Shown: positions 8,717 to 16,001 of the stretch, in pieces
Layout: each line of letters starts with the position of its first letter
Position numbering within the stretch: the first letter of the stretch is position 1
DNA from: Candidatus Pacearchaeota archaeon
GTDB lineage: Archaea; Nanobdellota; Nanobdellia; Pacearchaeales; GW2011-AR1
DNA: 64,000 nt
Reading direction: 5' to 3'
Assembly (NCBI GenBank): GCA_041649295.1
Contig: JBAZNI010000002.1
Coordinates: 141,356 to 205,355, forward strand
Notes under the pieces: generated by a model
Database searches by the model: none
Seen by the model: the letters and a program-made list of their open reading frames with translations, nothing else
Told to the model about the DNA's origin: nothing
Made by a program: the position numbers and the translations under genes

Positions 8717-9979
8717 TTAATCCAGCCCTAAATTAGCAATAACTTCTTTTGGAGAGAAAACTTCTAGATTGTCGTATGTTTGACCTGTTCCTAAAAATAG
8801 AACTGGCTTTTTTGTTACATATCCAATTGACACAGCTGTTCCGCCTTTTTCATCTACATCGGCTTTTGTTAGAATAGTTCCGTCAATTTTAAATGCTTCA
8901 TCAAATGATTTAGCCTGTTCTGTTGCATCGTTTCCAGTAATTGATTCTGCTACAAATATCTTTAAGTCAGGAGAAGTAACGCGAACTATTTTTTCCATTT
9001 CTTTTAGCAAATTGCTTTGTGTATGCATTCTTCCTGCAGTATCAATTAAAACTGCTTTTATTCCATGTGATTTTGCATATTGTATTGCATCAAAGCCAAC
9101 TGCTGCAGGATCTGCCCCATATGACTGGCGGATTACCTTTAATCCTAGTTTTTCTCCGTGATTTTCAAGCTGTTCTATTGAGGCTGCTCTGAATGTATCC
9201 CCTGCTGCTAAAACAGATATAATCCCTTCACTTTTTAACATGTTTGCCACTTTTGCAATTGAAGTTGTTTTGCCACTTCCATTAATTCCGAAGAAAAGAA
9301 TTATAAACGGGCCTTTTTCAGCAGGTTTTTCTTTTATTCTTTTAACTATATCAAAAGGAGGCATGAGTATTTCTGAAAGAGATTCTTTTAAAGCTGTTTT
9401 TATTTCATTTTCAAGTTCTGATTTTTTAAGCTCTATATTTATTAGCTTTTTTTCCATATCTTCTTTTATTTTATCAACAACCTGCAAAGAAACATTATTT
9501 TCAAGCATTACTAATTCTAGTTTTTCAAAGAATTCATTAAATATGTCTTGAGATAGTCTTATTGTGCTAAATCCCCGGCTAAATTTTGAGAAAAACCGGA
9601 TATTTTCAGCAGGTTTCCCTTCTTCAATCTTTTTCTCAATTTTAACCTCGGGTTTCGCCTCTTTTGTTATGCTTAAAGGGGTGTTTGGCTTAATTTCAGG
9701 CGCCCTTAATTTAATTTTTTCTTCTTCTAATTCCTTTATTTCCCCTTCCAGTTCTTCAATCGCATGTTTTATCTCTTCTTTATTTTCTTCTTTATTTTCT
9801 TGTTTTTCTTCTTTAAATTCTTCCTGTTTTTTCCTTTCTTTTCTTTCAGAAGTCGTTTCTTTAGCTTTTTCACTTATTTTTTCTTCTTTACTTTCAACTA
9901 TATCTATCTCATCTACTTTTTCTTCTTTATCTCCTGCTCCAAGGAGTTTTCCTAATTTTTCCTTAAGAAATTTAAACAT
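8717..9979 (-). CDS. ftsY: signal recognition particle receptor FtsY
   Basis: Glu/Lys-rich acidic N-terminal domain, then an NG domain with GINGSGKTTS, DTAGR and TKADVD. Confidence 0.95.
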   Translation of the reverse strand: MFKFLKEKLGKLLGAGDKEEKVDEIDIVESKEEKISEKAKETTSERKERKKQEEFKEEKQENKEENKEEIKHAIEELEGEIKELEEEKIKLRAPEIKPNTPLSITKEAKPEVKIEKKIEEGKPAENIRFFSKFSRGFSTIRLSQDIFNEFFEKLELVMLENNVSLQVVDKIKEDMEKKLINIELKKSELENEIKTALKESLSEILMPPFDIVKRIKEKPAEKGPFIILFFGINGSGKTTSIAKVANMLKSEGIISVLAAGDTFRAASIEQLENHGEKLGLKVIRQSYGADPAAVGFDAIQYAKSHGIKAVLIDTAGRMHTQSNLLKEMEKIVRVTSPDLKIFVAESITGNDATEQAKSFDEAFKIDGTILTKADVDEKGGTAVSIGYVTKKPVLFLGTGQTYDNLEVFSPKEVIANLGLD

Positions 9980-10073
9980 GCTTTTACCAGTAGTTATTAA
10001 CTTATAAATTTGTCTGTTTGAGTGTATTTCTTACAACCATAATTATTTTAAATGAGCAAGTGTTTTTTGTTTA

Positions 10074-10634
10074 ATGATTACGTATAATGATATCTATGAA
10101 CTGCTTAGGAAAGAAAGGTATTCTGAGCAATTGCAACCAATTGGAAAGAAATTTATCTCTGATGTTTCATCTTATATATCTGAGAAGAAAAAAATAGCAA
10201 ATCAGCAGTCAGAGATGTTTTCTGATGAAATTGTTAAGGTAAAAAAACAGATTGAAAATTCAATGGCTATCTTTAATGAACTTATGCTTCTTCGAAAGAA
10301 AAAACTACTTAATCTTGTGTTTGTTGCTTCTGAAACCGGGATAAGCAAGAGAGATTTTGAAAACATGCTGGATTTTGAAAAAGAAATGTTTGATAAAGTA
10401 ATAGCCTCTGTTAAAGAATCTGAAAAAGCTATTAATTCCCAGTTTAATTATAACGGAGTTTTAGAGTTGTCAAATCTTAAATTAATCCATTTTTTAGAAA
10501 ATGTTGATGAATTTCTTGGATTAAAAGGAGAGTCTCAGGGCCCATTTAATAAAGGGGATATATCTAATGTTGACAGTAAAATTGCAGATATTTTAATTGA
10601 AGACAAGAAAGCAGAAATTGTAGTGGAAGATTAA
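10074..10634 (+). CDS. putative GINS subunit (Gins51/Gins15-like)
   Basis: 186 aa alpha-helical protein whose N-terminal pattern (YELLRKERYSEQLQPIGKKF..., ...LLRKKKLLNLV) resembles archaeal Gins51. Recognition by eye only. Confidence 0.5.
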   Translation: MITYNDIYELLRKERYSEQLQPIGKKFISDVSSYISEKKKIANQQSEMFSDEIVKVKKQIENSMAIFNELMLLRKKKLLNLVFVASETGISKRDFENMLDFEKEMFDKVIASVKESEKAINSQFNYNGVLELSNLKLIHFLENVDEFLGLKGESQGPFNKGDISNVDSKIADILIEDKKAEIVVED

Positions 10635-10716
10635 GTTTATTAATAATCTATGGTTTATAGTGCGGACACATTTTTTATACTTCTTATCACGCAAAAATTT
10701 ATCTAGCTAGCATAAA

Positions 10717-11907
10717 CTAATAGGCAATACCCTTGCATTGACTTAACTTATTTACCAGTTTTCTTTCTACTATCTTCTCTTCTTTCCCTGTTTTCATATC
10801 TCTTAAGGTATATTTTTTGCTTTTAACTTCTTTTTCTCCAATAATTACTGCATATGGAATTTTTTTTGAATTTGCAAATTCCAGTGCTTTGCTGACTTTA
10901 TTATAAAAAATTGTGCAGGGGATATTATCTTTTCTAAGCCAGTTGGACAAACTGATTGCTTTTTCGTCCTGATTGATTGAAACAATCAAGCAAGTTTGTT
11001 TTTTTTGTTTTAAGTTTGCTAGGGGTTCTATCCTGTCTAATCCAAAAGAAATTCCTGTTGATTCAATACCCTCAATTAAATAAGTTCCGCCTCCGCAAAT
11101 TGTTTCTTTGATTTTTTCTGTTTTAACTTCAAAAACAGTTTTAGTATAATATGATAACCCCCTTACTAAACTTGGCTGAAAATTAACTTTGATATTATAG
11201 TACCTGCAGTATTTTTTCAGCTTTTTTATTTCAGAATAACTTTCATACTTTTCAAAAAATGCCTCTTTATTTCTTAATATATCTAAAATTTTTTCTGCTT
11301 TTAATTTTTTCAGGTTGTTTTTAACTTCGTTCTCTGGCAACTTGTCTAATTTATCTATTTCTCTCAATATCTGATTTTTATTTTTTTCAGGCATTTTTTC
11401 TTTTTCTAGTATTTCATTAAGCAATTTCCTGCTGTTAATATTGATTATTGTTTTAATCCCTATTTTTTTAAATATTTCATTTACAACAGCAAGAACTTCT
11501 GCTTCGTCTTTAACAGTGCTGCCGATTGTATCTATATCGCATTGGATAAACTGCCTGAATCTGTTTCCGGTTACAGGTTCATCTCTGAAAACAGGCCCAA
11601 TTTGATACCGTTTATATGGGAGTTTTTTTCCTTTTGCAATTCTTTTAAGCTGAAAAGTAAATTCATATCTTAGTGCTAATTTTCTACTGCCTTTGTCTTC
11701 TAATTTAAAAATATCACTTACAGCTTCATCACTAGAATTTTCACCTTTAACAAATTCTTCATACTCTACAACAGGTGTTTCTGCTGGTTCAAAATTATAC
11801 CTTTCAAAAACATCCATTAGAATTTTCATTATTTCTGCTCTTTTAGTTGCTTCTTCTCCGGTATAATCTTTAAATCCTTTTACTGACTCCATTTTTACAT
11901 TCCTCAT
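10717..11907 (-). CDS. hisS: histidyl-tRNA synthetase
   Basis: GFKDYTGEEA, RYQIGPVFRDEPVTGNRFRQFIQCDID (class II motif 2) and GGGTY. The ORF-track start at 12015 runs through tRNA-His, so the start was moved to ATG 11907 (alternative 11892). Confidence 0.9.
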   Translation of the reverse strand: MRNVKMESVKGFKDYTGEEATKRAEIMKILMDVFERYNFEPAETPVVEYEEFVKGENSSDEAVSDIFKLEDKGSRKLALRYEFTFQLKRIAKGKKLPYKRYQIGPVFRDEPVTGNRFRQFIQCDIDTIGSTVKDEAEVLAVVNEIFKKIGIKTIININSRKLLNEILEKEKMPEKNKNQILREIDKLDKLPENEVKNNLKKLKAEKILDILRNKEAFFEKYESYSEIKKLKKYCRYYNIKVNFQPSLVRGLSYYTKTVFEVKTEKIKETICGGGTYLIEGIESTGISFGLDRIEPLANLKQKKQTCLIVSINQDEKAISLSNWLRKDNIPCTIFYNKVSKALEFANSKKIPYAVIIGEKEVKSKKYTLRDMKTGKEEKIVERKLVNKLSQCKGIAY

Positions 11908-11914
11908 TTTTAAG

Positions 11915-11987
11915 GGCGGAAGGGGAGAGTCGAACTCCCGTTTCTCGGACCACAACCGAACGTCATAGCCGTTAGACCACAACCGCC
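11915..11987 (-). tRNA. tRNA-His (anticodon GTG) with encoded G-1
   Basis: Anticodon stem TTCGG/CCGAG, loop TTGTGGT, T-arm GGGAG-TTCGACT-CTCCC, G-1 opposite C73. The acceptor stem GCGGTTG/CTTCCGC has two U-U mismatches. Confidence 0.75.
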
Positions 11988-12473
11988 ATTGTAAGTTGCT
12001 AATGTTTTTTGGCATTCAATTTCTTGACAGCTAACTTGGCACTTAACCTCTTGAAATATTAACGGGCATACATTTAATTTAGATAAATTAGATATAAAAA
12101 CATTACTTAAAATGTTATTTGAAAAATTGCCAGGATTAAAGTTACAACTAAAAAAAGCCCTACTTTGCACAATGGGCACAACTCCGGATTTTAGTTGAGT
12201 CAAATTTCATAAGAATATTATAAATGAGACATTTATAAGGTTTTTGCTCAGCCCTTATTTGACTATTTCTAATACTTATAGATTAAGAGATGTATAGGCA
12301 GAGCTCTGCCATAATCTAATCACTTTTAATTTAATATGGGTTAAAAACTCATTAGAGGCACTCGGCAAGCCTCCAGAGAGAGCTGAGCCGATTAGTTCAG
12401 TTCTCTTAAGATTTTTCTGTATTTCTTAACATTGATATCTGATTTTAACTTCTTATCTTCTTTATTTACCATT

Positions 12474-12899
12474 TTAAATTTTTATGCTCTTCATATTTAA
12501 CTTTATCATACCATTTAAACCTTGACTTCTTCTTTTTCTTTTCTTCGTTTTATCTTTCAGTTTATTTTCGACTACTCTTCCATGTATTACTCTACCTAAC
12601 ACATCTCGTTTAACCTTTCTTTTAAATTTATCATGAATATCCGCATGATGATTTGGGCATAATATTTTTAGATTAGATATGCGATTATCATCATTTTTCA
12701 TATTTAAATGGTGAACTTGTAAATGCTTATTATGATTGCAACCTTTCCACTCACATTTATTCTTTGCTCTTTCCATAAGTTGACGCCTTTTCTTAGCAGA
12801 AACAGGTTCCCTAACGTGACCCCCAATCATTCTTATTGTATCTCGCTTCCTAGGTATAACCTTTTTTAAATTACCAATTTCAAATAAACTTTTTGGCAT
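12474..12899 (-). CDS. HNH endonuclease
   Basis: CEWKGCNHNKHLQVHHLNMKNDDNRISNLKILCPNHHADIH is a classic HNH motif with flanking Cys/His; basic tails. Confidence 0.8.
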   Translation of the reverse strand: MPKSLFEIGNLKKVIPRKRDTIRMIGGHVREPVSAKKRRQLMERAKNKCEWKGCNHNKHLQVHHLNMKNDDNRISNLKILCPNHHADIHDKFKRKVKRDVLGRVIHGRVVENKLKDKTKKRKRRSQGLNGMIKLNMKSIKI

Positions 12900-12933
12900 A
12901 TAAAATACAAGAATTCAAACGATTTAAAGGTTA

Positions 12934-13545
12934 CTAAATTGGAGTAATTCCTGCATCAATTAACTCTTGTGCTCTATTTTCGCAAGAAGCAGAAACTACT
13001 GAGAAATTTTTATATGTATCTATTAAATACGACCCAGTTTTTGGTTTTTCCCAAGTATCTTCATCTGTTGGAGCTAAAACAAGACTAATATCATATAGTT
13101 TTCCGTTCCAACCGAGAATAACCCCTGCGTCATCTTCAATTTGCTCTTGCCAACTATAAGTTGAAGGGAAGCAATAGTAATAATTAACATTTTGATTTTG
13201 TTGATTTCCTAGAGTACAATCATAGTAAAGTGAAGTCATTTCTATTTTCTGCTCATCTAGCCATGTATCAGCTATTTCAAATGTTTCCCATCCAGAATTC
13301 TCAGGATATGTTGAATAAATACGAACTTTCACTTTATCAGGAATAACTCCACTAGGACACTCATTTGGAAATGTTTTTCCTGAAGGCAACTTATCTATAT
13401 CCTCTTTAATATTGCCTCCAATATTTCCTAAATTATATTTAAATAATTGAAAACTTCCAGGATAGACAAGAAAAGTAACAATTAAACTACCTGCCACAAA
13501 GATAGCTAACCATAATAAAATATCTTTAAAATCATAATGACTCAT
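12934..13545 (-). CDS. membrane-anchored hypothetical protein
   Basis: A single N-terminal TM (ILLWLAIFVAGSLIVTFLVY) followed by an extracytoplasmic domain. No family recognised. Confidence 0.5.
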   Translation of the reverse strand: MSHYDFKDILLWLAIFVAGSLIVTFLVYPGSFQLFKYNLGNIGGNIKEDIDKLPSGKTFPNECPSGVIPDKVKVRIYSTYPENSGWETFEIADTWLDEQKIEMTSLYYDCTLGNQQNQNVNYYYCFPSTYSWQEQIEDDAGVILGWNGKLYDISLVLAPTDEDTWEKPKTGSYLIDTYKNFSVVSASCENRAQELIDAGITPI

Positions 13546-13608
13546 AAAAAGACTAAGAACTCAAAGGTTTTAAGGTTTTCTAAAACTGAGTTTTTGCTAA
13601 AAAGCCCA

Positions 13609-13680
13609 AGCCTCCAGAGGGGATTGAACCCTCAACCTACAGTTTACAAAACTGCCGCTCTACCATTGAGCTATGGAGGC
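13609..13680 (-). tRNA. tRNA-Thr (anticodon TGT)
   Basis: Acceptor GCCTCCA/TGGAGGC, D-arm GCTC-AATGGTA-GAGC, anticodon loop TTTGTAA, T-arm GAGGG-TTCAATC-CCCTC. Confidence 0.9.
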
Positions 13681-13730
13681 TTAAGAAAAGGAAATGTTAA
13701 TAGTTTAAAAACCTTATTAGAATTAATTTT

Positions 13731-14234
13731 TTAGAAAACATGCTCTTCGATACTTAATTTATAATCGTGGATTTCATCTATAGAAAACCACAAGGCTAAT
13801 TCTCTTTTAGCATCTTCTTTGTTTTCAGAAGCATGAATTAGATTTGCAAGTGCTTTTTTAAGGTCTTTTGCATGGAGTTTAGAAGCGTGACAGAAATCTC
13901 CTCTTATTGTCCCTATATCTGCTTCTCCAGGATAGGTATTTCCCACTATTTTTCTTACCATTGCAATTGCATTACTTCCTTGTATAACCATTGCAATTAC
14001 CGGGCCAGAAGTTATATAGTTTAAAAGATATTCTCTGACATGCTTTCCATGCTTTTCTGCAATTGATTCCTGATAATGTTTTTCTGCCTGACTTTTAGTT
14101 GGGTTGGTCATTTTCATGCCAACAATTTTTAGCCCTCTTTGTTCAAATCTTTTAATTATTTCACCAATAAGCCCTCTTTGGACTCCATCAGGTTTTATAA
14201 GAATTAGTGTTTGTTCAATCATTTTATTTTCCAA
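13731..14234 (-). CDS. ndk: nucleoside diphosphate kinase
   Basis: TLILIKPDGVQRGLIGEIIKRFEQRGLKIVGMKM and the active-site region NLIHASE. The start could instead be the Met at residue 5. Confidence 0.9.
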   Translation of the reverse strand: MENKMIEQTLILIKPDGVQRGLIGEIIKRFEQRGLKIVGMKMTNPTKSQAEKHYQESIAEKHGKHVREYLLNYITSGPVIAMVIQGSNAIAMVRKIVGNTYPGEADIGTIRGDFCHASKLHAKDLKKALANLIHASENKEDAKRELALWFSIDEIHDYKLSIEEHVF

Positions 14235-14610
14235 GCATTTTATCTACTTTTCCTTCATCCCAAATATTACCATGGAGCGTTATCTCTCCTTCACTACTTA
14301 TAGAACCATCTGCTCTCACTTGCAACATTCTAGTAGTCCATGGAAATATTTCTGAAGCAGAATAATAATTATCAATACCAACAGGTTTACTAATTGGATG
14401 GTAAGGTGTAGCATAACCGATAATTACCTTTCTAGTAAAATCACATTTTCCAAGATAATTTATTTGAATTTGGCTTACTCCTTCTTCAGTTTCAAGAATA
14501 ATTGGTTTGTCATATCCTAAGCCAGTTAGGTCTTCCCAATTTCTCACTCGTTTAGGTTTTTCTCTAGCTACTAACATTTTCTTTTTCTTTAGATTTAGAT
14601 TCTTCAGCAA
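14224..14610 (-). CDS. hypothetical protein between rps3ae and ndk
   Basis: 128-aa ORF co-oriented with the flanking genes and overlapping both ends (probable start at the internal Met near 14577). No motif recognised. Confidence 0.4.
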   Translation of the reverse strand: MLKNLNLKKKKMLVAREKPKRVRNWEDLTGLGYDKPIILETEEGVSQIQINYLGKCDFTRKVIIGYATPYHPISKPVGIDNYYSASEIFPWTTRMLQVRADGSISSEGEITLHGNIWDEGKVDKMLGK

Positions 14611-15193
14611 CTTCTGTTTTTTTAGCTCTTTCTAATTCATAAAGTTCATGCTCTTTTAAATCTTCAATTCCAAGATGTTTTATTTCACAAATATTCAAAG
14701 GATATAATTTTCTAAGTTTTCCATTTAAATCCTTTTGAATCTGGTTGTTTATAACATCTTTTACAAGGGATTCAAATTCTTTTTCTTTAATGTAATTCCC
14801 TAAAAATTCTTTAGCTGATTTTTTCAAACTGGTTAAAACAGCTCTTGAAACTGGTTTTTTGGTTGTTATAAGGTATTTTATTCTTATCCTATGATCAGAA
14901 CATGGAGCTAAAAATGAATCTTCTGCATAATCAGTCCTTTTTCTCATTAGTCTTCTTATGTAGAATTCCTGCAAGGTTATTTTTTTCGGATTAGCTGAAG
15001 CTGTTTTTTCATCAGCAGTTATTTTTAAACTTAATTCAAGGGCCTTCCCTCTTAATATACTTGATAAATCAAATTTTATATATTTTCCATTTAATTCTTC
15101 AAGAGTTCCACTGTATACTTCCAATTCTTTTTTTATTATAGGTATTTCAACATCAAAAAATTTCTTTTTAATTAATTTTTTTGTTTTTGCCAT
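14564..15193 (-). CDS. rps3ae: 30S ribosomal protein eS1 (S3Ae)
   Basis: N-terminus AKTKKLIKKKFFDVEIPIIKKELEVYSGTLEELNGKYIKFDLS is typical of S3Ae; 209 aa. Confidence 0.9.
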   Translation of the reverse strand: MAKTKKLIKKKFFDVEIPIIKKELEVYSGTLEELNGKYIKFDLSSILRGKALELSLKITADEKTASANPKKITLQEFYIRRLMRKRTDYAEDSFLAPCSDHRIRIKYLITTKKPVSRAVLTSLKKSAKEFLGNYIKEKEFESLVKDVINNQIQKDLNGKLRKLYPLNICEIKHLGIEDLKEHELYELERAKKTEVAEESKSKEKENVSS

Positions 15194-15240
15194 TTGAAGA
15201 CAACCTACGGTTTTCTCTCACACACTTTCCCTTTATTTAG
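15194..15240 (+). repeat. tRNA-intron-like element (third copy, outside any tRNA)
   Basis: Plus strand TTGAAGACAACCTACGGTTTTCTCTCACACACTTTCCCTTTATTTAG. It shares AACCTACGGTTTTC with the tRNA-Arg intron and CTCTCACACAC with the tRNA-Leu intron, and abuts the rps3ae start codon on the opposite strand. Confidence 0.6.
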
Positions 15241-15257
15241 ATTTTTGTTTTCCATTT

Positions 15258-15566
15258 TTATTCCATAATTACTTTGCTTGCTCTTTTTCCTTTTTTAGCC
15301 TGATGTGATTTTTTGCATTCCTGGCAGGTGTAAACAAAAACATGTTTCTTTGTATTTTTTGTTTTTCTTTTCCATTTGTTAATTGCAGGCTTGCTGCCTC
15401 TGCCTTTGTTTCCTAATCCGGGAATTGCCCCTCTTAGTTTCATTCTTGTTAGCGAACCCCTTGTAAGAGTTCCCCTCTTAGTTCCTGTTGAGGTTAATTT
15501 TATCTTATGCTGAGTTTTCTTATTGCAAAAAGGGCAAAACCTGTTTGTTGTCTTTGGCTTTTTCAT
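15258..15566 (-). CDS. rpl44e: 50S ribosomal protein eL42 (L44e)
   Basis: Zinc-ribbon pairs CPFCNKKT ... CQECKK in a very basic 102-aa protein. Confidence 0.85.
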   Translation of the reverse strand: MKKPKTTNRFCPFCNKKTQHKIKLTSTGTKRGTLTRGSLTRMKLRGAIPGLGNKGRGSKPAINKWKRKTKNTKKHVFVYTCQECKKSHQAKKGKRASKVIME

Positions 15567-15654
15567 ATTAAATTTTGATTAGTTATTTATCAATTTGTAT
15601 CTGAAATAAGGTTTTTAAACGTTATTATTCGCTTTATTATTCTTTATAGATAGA

Positions 15655-15726
15655 TGGCCCTGCCCGGACTCGAACCGGGGTTATATCCACGTCAAGGATA
15701 TGTCTTAACCCCTGGACCACAAGGCC
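15655..15726 (-). tRNA. tRNA-Val (anticodon GAC)
   Basis: Acceptor GGCCTTG/CAGGGCC, anticodon stem TATCC/GGATA, loop TTGACGT, T-arm CCCGG-TTCGAGT-CCGGG. Confidence 0.85.
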
Positions 15727-15860
15727 ATTTTATAATTTAAATTTGAAGGTATATAATGCTAACTATTTAAATTTTTAATTTTATTTTACTTAGTAACTTA
15801 GTAATTTATTTAGTTAATAAGAAACATTTAAATATCAGGTTTTTTTATTTTCCTTGAGAG

Positions 15861-16001
15861 ATGATGAAAAAATACTTGCTACTTATTGAAGATGAGAAAC
15901 TTTGGGAGAAATTTAAGCTGACTATACAAAAGGATATTAATAGTGAAATTATGAATTTAATTAAAAGCAGGGTGTTAAAAGAGAGGAAAAATGCTGAATA
16001 A
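15861..16001 (+). CDS. small ribbon-helix-helix-like protein (46 aa)
   Basis: Hand-translated: MMKKYLLLIEDEKLWEKFKLTIQKDINSEIMNLIKSRVLKERKNAE, a beta-strand plus two helices. Overlaps the next gene by 11 nt; below the ORF-track size cutoff. Confidence 0.4.
   Translation: MMKKYLLLIEDEKLWEKFKLTIQKDINSEIMNLIKSRVLKERKNAE

Larger units (their letters stand above)
12366..13621. mobile_element. candidate decayed integrated islet bounded by a 13-nt repeat of the tRNA-Thr 3' end
   Basis: CAAGCCTCCAGAG occurs at 12366..12378 and at 13607..13619 (tRNA-Thr 3' end). An HNH endonuclease gene and a membrane-protein gene lie between; no integrase. Confidence 0.4.

Noticed and set aside
9240-10007. Plus-strand ORFs (103, 147 and 63 aa) inside ftsY
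   Set aside because: These are low-complexity Ser/Phe-rich shadow ORFs antisense to the Glu/Lys-rich FtsY N-domain. The same holds for other antisense ORFs inside srp54 (5068..5373, 5936..6136), the giant gene (19847..20258, 20803..21172, 22156..22371, 22888..23160), alaS (54935..55696), glyS, leuS and the OFOR genes.
11910-12203. 97-aa minus-strand ORF and the 36-codon N-terminal extension of hisS to 12015
   Set aside because: Both run straight through the tRNA-His gene. The composition is not protein-like, and hisS has good internal starts at 11907 and 11892.
13537-13734. 65-aa plus-strand ORF
   Set aside because: It is antisense to tRNA-Thr and covers it entirely. It is an artefact of the GC-rich tRNA sequence.
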